Below are positions 8,536 to 18,984 of a stretch of 64,000 nt of DNA, piece by piece; position 1 is the first letter of the stretch; the number at the start of each line of letters is the position of its first letter. The position numbers and the translations under genes were made by a program. The notes beneath the pieces are model-generated. The model was not told the DNA's origin and searched no databases. It saw only the letters and a program-made list of their open reading frames with translations. Source of the DNA: a virus. The stretch covers positions 16,292-80,291 of IMG/VR virus record IMGVR_UViG_3300034418_007369; one strand, written 5' to 3'.

Positions 8536-10743
8536 ATGTCTTTGAAATCTTTAATGGATTATACATTTGTTAGTAAGTATGCGCGTTGGATTCCTGAAAA
8601 GAAAAGGCGAGAAACTTGGAACGAGGCAGTAGATAGAGTCAAGCAAATGATGCTCGACAAATATGTTGCAGGTCAAGAGGGCGAGAACGTAGAAGAAATT
8701 AAAACCGAGATCGAGTGGGCGTATGAACAAATGCGCAAGAAAAAAGTTCTTGGCAGTCAGCGCGCTCTACAGTTTGGCGGATCGCCAATCTTTAAGCACA
8801 ATGCTCGTATGTATAATTGTATTGTGTCATACTGCGACCGTGTAAGATTCTTCCAAGAGTGTATGTATCTTCTTCTGTGTGGATGCGGTACTGGATTTTC
8901 CGTACAGAAACACCATATTGAAAAACTGCCAGACCTTTTACCAAAGAAAGAGGGTAGTAAAAAATACGTTATTCCAGATACCATTGAAGGATGGAGTGAC
9001 GCTGTAGGTATTTTGGTGTCGAGTTATTTCGATCAATATCTACAAGATGAACTATTCGGTGAATATTCTGGCAAGACTGTTAATTTTGACTACAGTCAAA
9101 TTCGTCCCGCCGGATCTTACCTAAAGTCAAGTGGCGGCAAAGCTCCCGGCCCTGAACCTCTACGCAATGCTCTAACAAACATTAGAAAAATCTTAGACAA
9201 GGCAATTAAAGATGGACAGAAAAAGCTCAAACCTATCCAAGCTTATGACATTATTATGCACACCGCTGATGCTGTTATATCTGGTGGCGTTCGCCGCTCT
9301 GCTACCATTTGCGTATTTAGTCCTGACGATAGTGAGATGGCAAGGGCTAAAACAGGAACTTGGTTCATTGACAATCCCCAACGAGGAAGATCAAACAATT
9401 CTGCACTACTTGTACGAAATGAAACAACAAAAGAACAATTTGCAGAACTAATGAACTCTGTCAAAGAGTTTGGCGAGCCGGGATTTGTATGGGCAGACAG
9501 CACAGAACTTCTGGTAAATCCATGTGTTGAAATTGGCATGTGGCCTGTATGTGAGGAAACTGGTGAATCTGGATGGCAGGCATGTAACCTATCAACTATT
9601 AACTGCTCAAAAGTAAAAACCGAACAAGACTTCTTTGATGCTTGCCGTGCCGCTACAATCATTGGTACACTACAGGCGGGTTTCTCGGAGTTTGAGTATC
9701 TGGGCGGTGCGTCGGAGCGAATCATCGCAAGAGAAGCTCTGCTGGGCGTTAGTATGACAGGCATGATGGAGAACGCAGAAGTTTGTCTTGATCCATCATC
9801 ACAGAAGCGCGGCGCTAATATTGTAAAGAAAACAAACGCTAGAATGGCAGAACTGCTGGGTATTCGTCAAGCAGCAAGAACCACATGTATTAAACCAGAA
9901 GGAACATCAAGTTGTATTCTTGGAACATCTAGTGGTATTCACCCGCACCATGCGAAACGATATATCCGCCGAGTCCAAGCAAACAAAATGGAACCCATTT
10001 ATAATTATTTTAGAACACAAAACCCAAGAGCATGTGAAGAAAGTGTTTGGAGTAATAATGATAGTGATGACGTTGTATCGTTCTGTGTAGAAGTTAAAGA
10101 CGGCGGCAAAACTAAAAACCAAGTGAGCGCACTACAGTTATTGGACTATGTAAAATCTACACAGCAAAGCTGGGTTCTCAATGGTACAAACCCAGAGCTA
10201 TGTACTCAACCTTGGTTAAATCATAATGTAAGTAATACTATTAATGTTAAGCCAGATGAATGGGACGAAGTAGAGAAATATATTTATAAGAATAGAAAAT
10301 ACTTCTGTGGTATTTCATTGCTTCCTATCTCTGGCGATAAAGATTTTCCACAAGCACCATTCACTACGGTTTATCTACCAAGTGAACAGGTCGCACACTA
10401 CGGCAATGCCTCTATCTTTGTGAGTGGACTTATCGAGGTTGCACTTACTCTATGGGAGGACAACCTTTGGGCGGCATGTGACAGTCTACTTGGGTTTGGC
10501 GAAAAGATTAAAGGCAATGGAAAGAAAGAGTGGAAAGAGCGATGTGAAAGATTTGCCGAAAAATACTTCGCAGGAGACCTAAAACAGTTGACATATTGTA
10601 TGAAAGATGTCTATAATTGGAAAGAGTGGGTGGATCTTAACAGAGAATACCAAGATGTAGACTTCACACAAGTTGTCGAAGAAACTAATAATGTAAATCC
10701 CGTTCAACAAGTCGCCTGTGCTGGCGGTAAATGTGACTTTTAA
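8536..10743 (+). CDS. nrdJ: class II (adenosylcobalamin-dependent) ribonucleotide reductase
   Basis: RRETW, GGVRRSA, NPCVEI (thiyl Cys), CNL, TTCIKPEGT and C-terminal CAGGKC; no small-subunit gene adjacent. Confidence 0.92.
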   Translation: MSLKSLMDYTFVSKYARWIPEKKRRETWNEAVDRVKQMMLDKYVAGQEGENVEEIKTEIEWAYEQMRKKKVLGSQRALQFGGSPIFKHNARMYNCIVSYCDRVRFFQECMYLLLCGCGTGFSVQKHHIEKLPDLLPKKEGSKKYVIPDTIEGWSDAVGILVSSYFDQYLQDELFGEYSGKTVNFDYSQIRPAGSYLKSSGGKAPGPEPLRNALTNIRKILDKAIKDGQKKLKPIQAYDIIMHTADAVISGGVRRSATICVFSPDDSEMARAKTGTWFIDNPQRGRSNNSALLVRNETTKEQFAELMNSVKEFGEPGFVWADSTELLVNPCVEIGMWPVCEETGESGWQACNLSTINCSKVKTEQDFFDACRAATIIGTLQAGFSEFEYLGGASERIIAREALLGVSMTGMMENAEVCLDPSSQKRGANIVKKTNARMAELLGIRQAARTTCIKPEGTSSCILGTSSGIHPHHAKRYIRRVQANKMEPIYNYFRTQNPRACEESVWSNNDSDDVVSFCVEVKDGGKTKNQVSALQLLDYVKSTQQSWVLNGTNPELCTQPWLNHNVSNTINVKPDEWDEVEKYIYKNRKYFCGISLLPISGDKDFPQAPFTTVYLPSEQVAHYGNASIFVSGLIEVALTLWEDNLWAACDSLLGFGEKIKGNGKKEWKERCERFAEKYFAGDLKQLTYCMKDVYNWKEWVDLNREYQDVDFTQVVEETNNVNPVQQVACAGGKCDF

Positions 10744-10754
10744 GGAATAAAAAA

Positions 10755-11294
10755 ATGGAAGGTAATACAAACAAAAACGTGCCGCCGTTTCCGGTATGGC
10801 AAAACTCTTGTTGCAGACATGAGACGGTAGTAACTTCTCTGCCAATGGGCATGAAGCCTTACACTGGTCCTGAATTAAAAGTTAAGAAACTGGCCCCAGA
10901 AGCAATCATTCCAACAAAAGCAAATAAAACAGATGCGGGCTATGATCTCTATGCCCTAGAAGATGTAGAGATTCCAGCTGTAAATCATAAACTAATCAAG
11001 ACAGGTATTTCTATGGCGATCCCAGCCGGTTACGTTGGTCTCATCTGGCCTCGCTCTGGCCTTGCTTATAAGAATGGACTAGATGTGTTTGCTGGCGTTA
11101 TTGACGCCGGTTATAGAGGTGATGTGGGGGTAATACTCTATAATTCAAGAGTAACTGACCACTATCAAGTCAAAAAGGGAGACAGAATAGCGCAGATAGT
11201 TTTTCAAAAGATAAAAGGCTTTAATCTTATTGAAGTGGACGATCTTGATGAAAGTCAAAGGGGTGAAGGCGGATTTGGGAGTAGCGGAGTATGA
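10755..11294 (+). CDS. dut: dUTP pyrophosphatase (trimeric)
   Basis: AGYDL, PRSGLA, GVIDAGYRG, GDRIAQ and RGEGGFGSSG motifs. Confidence 0.96.
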   Translation: MEGNTNKNVPPFPVWQNSCCRHETVVTSLPMGMKPYTGPELKVKKLAPEAIIPTKANKTDAGYDLYALEDVEIPAVNHKLIKTGISMAIPAGYVGLIWPRSGLAYKNGLDVFAGVIDAGYRGDVGVILYNSRVTDHYQVKKGDRIAQIVFQKIKGFNLIEVDDLDESQRGEGGFGSSGV

Positions 11295-12289
11295 CCGATA
11301 GAATATTTTGGGCTACTCAGGGAGTACTCTTAAACGGTTCTTTTTTGGGAGGTGTTCAGTCAGTAGGCGTTAACTCTAGCCATTCGGCCTCTGCGCTGTT
11401 TAATAACGGCAGTCCCACAAGACGCCACATCTTCTATAATAGACCCTCTACAGAAATAACAATAGAAAGACTCCTAACAGGCGCCCCCGCAGAAGTTGAT
11501 GATGGTGTCGCCGCTGGTGAACATGATATTGAAATTGCCTATGGTTCAGACGAAAACGGGAATATCGGCGAGAACTCATCGTTAGGCGGGGTTCAATATA
11601 AAAAATGCTTAATCAGTTCTATTTCATATTCTATGTCTGTAGACCGTGTTACAGAGACAGTAACATATATAAACAGATGGATGGAGCCGGGCGGAGCGTC
11701 TCCTAGCGATTTTTCAGGGGTTGGCGGGGGAGGAGGGGAAACTATGAAAAGGCAGCACATAAAACCACAAAGTAGCACATTACCAGAAGAAGTGAAAAAG
11801 TTATTCGACATTGGGACTGAACTTAACGGCATTGATGTTCTAGGACTTCAATCCATAGATATAAATGTAAACATAGAACGAACACAATTATTGGATCACG
11901 GATACTGGGGCGGATCGGATGGCGATTTGAGCAGGATTAATGAGTTTTATATTCCCAATCTTCCAATAAGTATTTCTTGTTCTTTTCGCGGGATAATAAG
12001 GCAGCCGATTCCTTGGACTGGAATTATGAAAAATTTAGATAACGCGGTGCGCCCTGTTGATAACAACTTTACTCAATCTTATGGCGGCCCAGCCGCTAAT
12101 CCATTCTATGAAGCCGATAGGGTGATTGTTATTAATTCGGAATTTTCGGGATCAAATAGTTCATGGAATCTTGGCGCTAAAAATTATTTAACATCAATAG
12201 AAACAAACGGAGGAGATGCTGGAGACGATTCAAATGTCGAAGTTACTATAACTTATCAAAATAGCAACAACTTTATTGAAGTATCATAA
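11291..12289 (+). CDS. hypothetical protein, possibly tail-tube-like structural paralog
   Basis: Beta-rich with internal two-fold pattern (GVQSVGVN / GLQSIDIN; ISSISYS..ETVTY / LTSIETN..VTITY). Confidence 0.4.
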   Translation: MTDRIFWATQGVLLNGSFLGGVQSVGVNSSHSASALFNNGSPTRRHIFYNRPSTEITIERLLTGAPAEVDDGVAAGEHDIEIAYGSDENGNIGENSSLGGVQYKKCLISSISYSMSVDRVTETVTYINRWMEPGGASPSDFSGVGGGGGETMKRQHIKPQSSTLPEEVKKLFDIGTELNGIDVLGLQSIDINVNIERTQLLDHGYWGGSDGDLSRINEFYIPNLPISISCSFRGIIRQPIPWTGIMKNLDNAVRPVDNNFTQSYGGPAANPFYEADRVIVINSEFSGSNSSWNLGAKNYLTSIETNGGDAGDDSNVEVTITYQNSNNFIEVS

Positions 12290-12317
12290 TCAATAACATT
12301 ATAGTGGTAAACACCTT

Positions 12318-12995
12318 ATGACAAAAAAAATAAGAAGAACGCTAAAAAAAGAAAATATTCCCCAGCAAGTTAAAATAGTAGAGCCAAAAACACCCAACCA
12401 AAAAAAATACATTAGATCAATAATAGAAAACGATATTATTTTTTGCACCGGTCCTTCGGGTTGTGGAAAATCCTTTATTGCCGCTGGCCTGTCGGCACAA
12501 AAACTTCACCATGATGAAATTGAGAATATAATAATTACTAGACCCCTTGTATGCACCGGAAAAGAAATTGGATCTTTACCGGGAGAGCTGGGAGAAAAAA
12601 TAGCCCCATACCTCATGCCAATGCAGGAAAATTTAAAACATTTTCTTGGGCGCGCTTATTACGGAGAATACTATAATGCAGGTAGGATCAAGTACATGCC
12701 GCTAGAGGTTATGCGCGGTAGCACATTTAATCATTCATATATGATTCTTGATGAGGCGCAAAACTGTAGCTTTGAACAGATCAAGATGTTTATAACTAGA
12801 ATGGGTGAAGGCTCTAAGGTTTTAATAAATGGAGACATTAAACAAACTGACATAAAATCTAGAAGCGGTCTTGCACATTGTATTGAAAAACTCTATAATA
12901 TAGAGGGAATCGCTTATTGCCAGCTAACAATTCAAGATATACAAAGAAACGGAATATTGGGCAGAGTGTTAAATGCCCTAGAGAATGACGATTAA
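12318..12995 (+). CDS. phoH: PhoH family ATPase
   Basis: GPSGCGKS, TRP, GSLPG, MRGSTF, ILDEAQN, TRMGEGSK, GDIKQTD. Confidence 0.95.
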   Translation: MTKKIRRTLKKENIPQQVKIVEPKTPNQKKYIRSIIENDIIFCTGPSGCGKSFIAAGLSAQKLHHDEIENIIITRPLVCTGKEIGSLPGELGEKIAPYLMPMQENLKHFLGRAYYGEYYNAGRIKYMPLEVMRGSTFNHSYMILDEAQNCSFEQIKMFITRMGEGSKVLINGDIKQTDIKSRSGLAHCIEKLYNIEGIAYCQLTIQDIQRNGILGRVLNALENDD

Positions 12996-13008
12996 TTGAG
13001 GTAAAAAT

Positions 13009-13350
13009 ATGCCATTATATGATTTTGAATGTGAGCCTTGTGCGTATTATACGGAAATAAGACAAGGACCGGAAGATCCAGATGTTCATGAGTGTCCATT
13101 TTGCGCAAGCAATACTCTTAAAAAAGTTTTCATTAATGCTCCATCTATCAGTGTGATCGGAGAACCCACTACTGTAAAACATTTAGCAGATAGAAATACC
13201 AAAAAGATGGGAAGATATGAGCTAGAGTCTAAAAACGCAAAGAACAATTCGGAACAGTACAAGGAGGCTAAAAAAGCAAGAGACCAGCGCCGCAAGATCA
13301 ACTCTATGACACAGGAACAGAAGATTAAATGGATAAAGGAAGGTGACTAA
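13009..13350 (+). CDS. FmdB-family zinc-ribbon protein
   Basis: MPLYDFECEPC...CPFC...LKKV signature. Confidence 0.8.
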   Translation: MPLYDFECEPCAYYTEIRQGPEDPDVHECPFCASNTLKKVFINAPSISVIGEPTTVKHLADRNTKKMGRYELESKNAKNNSEQYKEAKKARDQRRKINSMTQEQKIKWIKEGD

Positions 13351-13616
13351 TGGAACTGGAAAAAGTATTATTAGGTAATAAAAGCGATGAAACGGTTAAA
13401 TTAAATAGAAAAGATTTCCCACATCACGCAACTGTTACTCTTAAAATCGACATAAGAAAAATGAATAAGGATGGCTCTTTAGAAAATAAAGTTTTGAGCG
13501 CGTCAGAACTCTCAAAATATGGCATGGGTATCAAGGCTCAGATATGCACATCTGGAGCTACTCAATCCGAATGCATCAAGAATCTTAAAGAAATGTTGGA
13601 GAAAATGAATGGCTAG
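13350..13616 (+). CDS. hypothetical protein
   Basis: Coupled ORF with RBS. Confidence 0.6.
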   Translation: MELEKVLLGNKSDETVKLNRKDFPHHATVTLKIDIRKMNKDGSLENKVLSASELSKYGMGIKAQICTSGATQSECIKNLKEMLEKMNG

Positions 13617-13956
13617 ATGGGAAAATGAAGACGTGTCTGGACTAGGTATTCCAGAACCGATTACTTCAGTTGTAAAATATTTGAATAAGGAAGGTAGAGA
13701 CTGTCAAAACGAAAGATATGGTTTCGTGAAAACTGTTTCTACAACTCTTCCAGATAAGAGTGTTTTTGTAAAATACTATATTAGATTTTATAGAGGCGAG
13801 CTTGTTGATCCTCATTCTGTTGACATTAATTTTAAATCTAAAATACCAGAGTTTAAAAAAGTATCAGAAGATTGTTATAATCTATATAAAAAATATTTGT
13901 CTACAAAAAATCGTTTGTATTTCACTAGGTCAAGAAGATTGTTCATGGAGAATTAA
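13609..13956 (+). CDS. hypothetical protein
   Basis: GGAG RBS; coupled ORF. Confidence 0.65.
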   Translation: MARWENEDVSGLGIPEPITSVVKYLNKEGRDCQNERYGFVKTVSTTLPDKSVFVKYYIRFYRGELVDPHSVDINFKSKIPEFKKVSEDCYNLYKKYLSTKNRLYFTRSRRLFMEN

Positions 13957-14268
13957 ATGAAAAAGGGACCACTTTCTAACGAAGAGAAAAGCTATATTGA
14001 AGAAAACTCAAAAGTAGGCGCTAAAGATTTAGCGGAATCTATGGATAGATCGCTAAAGCTAGTAAAGGCGCATCTAGGTAAAATTTCTAAAAAAGAACAA
14101 ACAAAACCAAAAGAAGAATCTAAAACTATGCAACTATTAGCAAGAAATGCCGATAGGGGCGTGGTGGTTATGACGGAATCGGCCTCTTCGCATTTTGATA
14201 AAAATAGGAAAAAGTCAGAACCGCCCAAAAGATACAGAGGGATTATTCATAAAATAAAGGAAGACTAA
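13957..14268 (+). CDS. hypothetical protein with possible N-terminal HTH
   Basis: KGPLSNEEKSYI...AKDLAESMDRSLKLV resembles a Myb/HTH-like helix pattern. Confidence 0.55.
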   Translation: MKKGPLSNEEKSYIEENSKVGAKDLAESMDRSLKLVKAHLGKISKKEQTKPKEESKTMQLLARNADRGVVVMTESASSHFDKNRKKSEPPKRYRGIIHKIKED

Positions 14269-14269
14269 T

Positions 14270-14785
14270 ATGATTTGCACCAAGCTTGATTCATTCCTTA
14301 GAAAAAAAGTTATGACAGATCTTGAAATGACTTGGGAAGCAGAGCTAAAAAGCGGCGTCACTGTTTATGGAGACTATGAAAGAAGCGGACAAGATAATCC
14401 TTGGAATAGACTTTCTAAACACTGCGAGGAAAATAATGATAGTATTATTAAAATAAAACTTCTAATGTTTGGAGCAAAGAAAGAAACGTTTTTTGAAGAC
14501 GAAAACGGTCTCGATGGAATTTTTGTTCTTAGAGGCGCTGCGAAAGAGCAAACAATGTCAGACGATTCTTTTAGGGTGTATCAAACACTCACGGTTGGGC
14601 TTTTGCGAGACGACTGTGATTCAGTAGATGTTAAAAAATATTGCTGGCCCAATAATGAATTTGAACAAGGCTCTTCTTCTAGAAAGCTGACAGCCGGAAA
14701 TTTGGAATATATGATATTTAAAAATGAATCAGAAAAACTCAAACATCCTAAAGTACAAGAGCTTATCAACGGGGCAGCCGTGTAA
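14270..14785 (+). CDS. hypothetical protein
   Basis: 171-aa coupled ORF. Confidence 0.65.
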   Translation: MICTKLDSFLRKKVMTDLEMTWEAELKSGVTVYGDYERSGQDNPWNRLSKHCEENNDSIIKIKLLMFGAKKETFFEDENGLDGIFVLRGAAKEQTMSDDSFRVYQTLTVGLLRDDCDSVDVKKYCWPNNEFEQGSSSRKLTAGNLEYMIFKNESEKLKHPKVQELINGAAV

Positions 14786-15197
14786 TGCGGCTCAATACGC
14801 TGCTGAACTTGTCTGTTTAAGAAAAAGAGAGAAAGAAAATTGCGGCAGTTTAGAGTTTAAGTTTTGGAACAGATCTCAAAAAGAAGAGTACCAAACTCAA
14901 ATACGTGTTGCTTCTAACTTGATAAGTAAATATAGTGAAAAAGCACTAATTAGATATCTAAATAGTCCAAGCGGTAACAATGTTTATGCCTTGGGCTTTC
15001 TACATAAAAGTAAAAAGTTCGCGTTAACACTTAGATTTGTTGAAAAGGGTGTAAAAGAAATACATGCCAAATTGAAAGAAGAGTCGAAGCGCGAAAAGAA
15101 AATAATCGAAGCCCCTAAAGGCGATTATAAACCAAAGAAATCAAAAGGCAAAAATAGCCTCTTTTCAAAAATAAGGAAGATAGATGGCAAAGGTTAA
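14724..15197 (+). CDS. hypothetical basic protein upstream of RecA
   Basis: 157-aa ORF overlapping both neighbours. Confidence 0.6.
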   Translation: MNQKNSNILKYKSLSTGQPCNAAQYAAELVCLRKREKENCGSLEFKFWNRSQKEEYQTQIRVASNLISKYSEKALIRYLNSPSGNNVYALGFLHKSKKFALTLRFVEKGVKEIHAKLKEESKREKKIIEAPKGDYKPKKSKGKNSLFSKIRKIDGKG

Positions 15198-16257
15198 AGA
15201 CTGGAAGAAACAAATCACAGATAAGTATGGCGATATTCTTGTTTCTGGGACAAATGTTTTAAGTAATAGAAAAGATTATAAAGTATTATCAATTTCTCCA
15301 ATGCTAGATATCGCTCTGGGCGGGGGAATCAAAGAAGGTTCGTGGCTCATGCTTTCAGGCGATCCCAAGTGTGGTAAGACGACCACAGCGATGCAGTTGG
15401 CGGCGAACGCGCAGAAAGATGGTAGACATGTTATCTATCTTGATGCAGAGGGGCGACTCAAAGAAATGAACTTTGAAGTCCCAGAACTAGATCCAGAAAA
15501 TATGACAATCATTCAACCTAAAGACAAACCTATTCCTGCTGAAATATTTTTAGAAACAGCATACAAATACATGACTGATCCAGAATATCATGGGGCGGTT
15601 TTGATTGTTGACTCTATCTCGTCTTTGATTTCAGAGAAAGAACTAGACGGCGACTTCTCTCCCACTAGAGCTGGCCTACCTAAGATTCTCTCTATCTTCA
15701 CTAAAAAGATGGGACAGGTCTTACCTAATCAAAGAGGATTGGTGATACTGATTACCCATACTATCTCAAACACGTCTGGAATGGGCGCGTCTAAGATGGC
15801 TGACGGAGGTAGAAAGATTCAATATCAGGCGGATACTAGAATGGAAGTCAAAAGCGGTGGAGAGAAAATTCCAGCCGTCAAGCCTTGGACAGATGAAAGC
15901 GGCGAGATCATCGGGCAGCAGGTTAACTGGCGCATCCTCTGCTCGTCTATGGGATCGCCGGGCGGAAACTGTCAGAGTTTTATTCGTTATGGCGAAGGTA
16001 TCGACGAATGTCAAGAGTATCTACAGCTAGCTCAACAGCTTGCCCTTATCGACAGAAGTGGCGCTTGGTTCAAGCTCATATTCATGCTAGAAGATAAAAA
16101 ATTAATGAAGAAGCTAGAACCGGATTTAGATGTTGAAGACGAGACCGCATGTATTAAAGCCTTTCAGTTTCAAGGACAGCCAAAGGTGTATAATTTCCTG
16201 AAAGAAAATCCAGAGTGCATAAAGCTGTTGGCTAAATCAATTAAGGACATGCTATGA
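15184..16257 (+). CDS. recA: RecA/UvsX-like recombinase
   Basis: LDIALGGGI, Walker A GDPKCGKTT, YLDAE, LIVDSISSL, GGRKIQYQADTR, SGAWF. Confidence 0.9.
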   Translation: MAKVKDWKKQITDKYGDILVSGTNVLSNRKDYKVLSISPMLDIALGGGIKEGSWLMLSGDPKCGKTTTAMQLAANAQKDGRHVIYLDAEGRLKEMNFEVPELDPENMTIIQPKDKPIPAEIFLETAYKYMTDPEYHGAVLIVDSISSLISEKELDGDFSPTRAGLPKILSIFTKKMGQVLPNQRGLVILITHTISNTSGMGASKMADGGRKIQYQADTRMEVKSGGEKIPAVKPWTDESGEIIGQQVNWRILCSSMGSPGGNCQSFIRYGEGIDECQEYLQLAQQLALIDRSGAWFKLIFMLEDKKLMKKLEPDLDVEDETACIKAFQFQGQPKVYNFLKENPECIKLLAKSIKDML

Positions 16258-16685
16258 AAATAGAAATAGTAGGATTAGACGCAAGGGGCTACATATGGAT
16301 GCCGCTATCCGCAGCCGCCGAGAATGTTAATAGATCAAAACTTCATGAAAAAGCATACAAACTTATTGAAGAATTCTATCCGTATGATACGATATTGGAA
16401 GAAGTGACACTCCCCGGAAGCAAAGACCAATTTGGAGGAAAATCCCTTAGAGCGGACTTGTTTTTACCAGCTAGAAGAATTATAATAGAAGTTCATGGAG
16501 AGCAACATTATAAGTTTAACAAGTTCTTTTTTAAGAGCAAGCTAGACTTTTATAAAGCCAAAGCCAGAGACTCAGACAAAAGAGAGTGGTGCGAGTTGAA
16601 CGAAATAGAACTGATAGAATTAAATTATAATGAGGACATTGATGAGTGGAGAACAAAAATTAGAAGAGTTTCTTCTAGCGATTGA
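16254..16685 (+). CDS. Vsr/DUF559-like PD-(D/E)xK endonuclease
   Basis: LRADLFLP...IIIEVHGEQHY...RDSDKREWC. Confidence 0.75.
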   Translation: MKIEIVGLDARGYIWMPLSAAAENVNRSKLHEKAYKLIEEFYPYDTILEEVTLPGSKDQFGGKSLRADLFLPARRIIIEVHGEQHYKFNKFFFKSKLDFYKAKARDSDKREWCELNEIELIELNYNEDIDEWRTKIRRVSSSD

Positions 16686-17103
16686 TAATTGGATAGAGTG
16701 TAAAGGGCTTCCGAAGGTTGAGCAAAAAGAAGACATTGAAGCTATTCTTAATATGCGATCTCACGATATAAACCATCTCTCTGCAAAAGAATGTCTGGCG
16801 TATGCCTATGAGCTATACGCATATTCAGACTATCTTGAATCCATAAAAGCCAAAGAAAAGATCGTTTTAGATTGGGCGGATTCCAGTATTTGGTATATAA
16901 TATCTAAGTCTCTAGACTCTTACGGCACAAGCTATACGAAATGGGAACAGAAGTATTATTCTGCCGTAAAAGAAAACCCTCTAGCGTCTGATATATTAAA
17001 AATCAAGAAGCACGCAGAAGCAAGACTGTCTTGCGTAGATGGTAAATCTAACAAGGTATTGAGAATGGCAGACACATTAAGTAATTTATCAAAAACAAGA
17101 TGA
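16642..17103 (+). CDS. helical protein, possible recombination mediator (UvsY-like)
   Basis: GAGGA RBS; all-helical coiled pattern; lies after RecA. Function is inferred from context only. Confidence 0.35.
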   Translation: MSGEQKLEEFLLAIDNWIECKGLPKVEQKEDIEAILNMRSHDINHLSAKECLAYAYELYAYSDYLESIKAKEKIVLDWADSSIWYIISKSLDSYGTSYTKWEQKYYSAVKENPLASDILKIKKHAEARLSCVDGKSNKVLRMADTLSNLSKTR

Positions 17104-17110
17104 GGTTAAA

Positions 17111-17521
17111 ATGCTAGACAAATTTATTGAATCACTAACCGCAGAACAAAAGATGGCGCTCATAGAAACCCTAAGTGAAAGTATTGAAAAACCAGCGGAG
17201 ACTAAAAAAGAACAACGTCCAGAACCAGTAAAATTATCAAGTGCAGATATTGGCTTGGACTTTACGGTTTCTAAAGACGGCGGGCAAGTTAGAACTAGAA
17301 TCCCCGTTACGGAGAACAAAAGGTTTAATAGCTTTACTGATGACGGAACAGAAGCAAAGGGCGCAGAGTTTAAAACGCCGGATGTCAAGCCTACCGAGCG
17401 ACGACGACAGCCAACCAAGATGATAGATCAGAAATGCACCAAGTGTCAAAACTCTGTTAAGGTTCATCCTACGCACGCTAGGGAGTGGTATGTTTGCGAC
17501 AGGTGCATTGGTGGCCGATAA
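17111..17521 (+). CDS. hypothetical protein with C-terminal zinc finger
   Basis: CTKC...CDRC; GAGG RBS. Confidence 0.65.
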   Translation: MLDKFIESLTAEQKMALIETLSESIEKPAETKKEQRPEPVKLSSADIGLDFTVSKDGGQVRTRIPVTENKRFNSFTDDGTEAKGAEFKTPDVKPTERRRQPTKMIDQKCTKCQNSVKVHPTHAREWYVCDRCIGGR

Positions 17522-18984
17522 TGAAAAAGAACAAACTACAGGACTTAGCTTCTGAAAGGGCTGTACTGGCGGCACTGTGTCAGTACGGGCTAGACTGTTA
17601 TCTTGACATTGATTTTGTAGATGGCGACCATTTTACAGATGACATGAATCAAGTTTTGTTTAGCTGTATTCATAAAACAATATCTGACAACGCAAAGGTA
17701 GAATTAACATCTATTCTATCTGCTGCAAATAGTCTTGGTGTTGGCGATGCGCTAAACAACAAGGAAGAAATGGGGTTCATCAGATCCCTGTTTAATTTCC
17801 CAGTAAATTTAGAAAACTCGCAAATTCATGCCGCTAAAATCGCAAAGCTAAAGCTGGCTAGAGATTTAAAGAAAACACTAAGCGGCTGCCAGAAAAGCGT
17901 AGAGTCCATGACGGGCGAAGAAGATATTGTAGACCTTATCTCTATGGTAGAATCTCCTATCTTAGATGCTACATCTGCAATATATCAAACATCAAGTAAT
18001 AAAACAGAAGTAATGGGAGAGGGTATTGATGAATACTTGGATTTTCTCACAGAGAATGTATCAGATTTTGTTGGAATCCCCACAGGGTTTGCACGATATG
18101 ATGCTGCTATTGGCGGTGGGCTGCGTCGAAAATGTGTTGACTTAGTAGCGGCGCGACCCAAGGTTGGTAAGTCTATGTTTTGCGATGCTGTTGCGCTCAA
18201 CATATCAATGCAAAATGTTCCCGTTCTTGTTCTAGATACTGAAATGTCTAAAGAAGATCACTACAATAGAATTCTAGCTAGTATTAGTGGTGTTGAAATT
18301 AACAAAATATCCACTGGTAAATATTCTGATAATGTAATAGAAAATGAAAAGGTTCGTGCCGCCGGTGAAAAACTTAAAAACATACCATACCACTATATTA
18401 GTATTGCAGGTCAGTCTTTTGATAATATACTTTCTATTATGCGTAAATGGATTTATCAGCACGTTGGGTTTGACGAAAGCGGCAGAACTAACGATTGTGT
18501 AATTATTTATGATTATCTTAAACTGATGAGTTCAGACGGCATTAGTGCGTCTATGCAGGAATATCAAGTTCTTGGCTTTCAAATTACCAAGCTGCATAAC
18601 TTTATGGTTAAATATGATGTTCCATGTTTGAGCTTTGTGCAGTTGAACAGAGATGGTATCACAAAAGAAAGCACCGATGCGGTATCTGGCTCCGACCGTC
18701 TTATTTGGCTTTGTACCAGTTTTACAATTTTTAAGATGAAATCAGACGAAGAAAAAGCGGAGGACAATCCTAAAAATGGAAATAGAAAACTTGTTCCCAT
18801 TGTAGCCAGACATGGTGAAGGATTAGATGATGGTGATTATATTTCGATGAAGATGTTTGGTAATATTGGACGTTTAGAAGAAGGCATGACTAGAAATGAA
18901 ATTCATAACAATGCCAAATCAAGAAGTGAAGGATTTGAAATAAATGAAAACTTTGACCCCGAATCAGATCTCAGCAGCGTGTGA
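17521..18984 (+). CDS. dnaB: DnaB-family replicative helicase
   Basis: SERAVLA N-terminal domain, GIPTGF, AARPKVGKS, DTEMS, IIYDYLKL, QLNR. Confidence 0.93.
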   Translation: MKKNKLQDLASERAVLAALCQYGLDCYLDIDFVDGDHFTDDMNQVLFSCIHKTISDNAKVELTSILSAANSLGVGDALNNKEEMGFIRSLFNFPVNLENSQIHAAKIAKLKLARDLKKTLSGCQKSVESMTGEEDIVDLISMVESPILDATSAIYQTSSNKTEVMGEGIDEYLDFLTENVSDFVGIPTGFARYDAAIGGGLRRKCVDLVAARPKVGKSMFCDAVALNISMQNVPVLVLDTEMSKEDHYNRILASISGVEINKISTGKYSDNVIENEKVRAAGEKLKNIPYHYISIAGQSFDNILSIMRKWIYQHVGFDESGRTNDCVIIYDYLKLMSSDGISASMQEYQVLGFQITKLHNFMVKYDVPCLSFVQLNRDGITKESTDAVSGSDRLIWLCTSFTIFKMKSDEEKAEDNPKNGNRKLVPIVARHGEGLDDGDYISMKMFGNIGRLEEGMTRNEIHNNAKSRSEGFEINENFDPESDLSSV

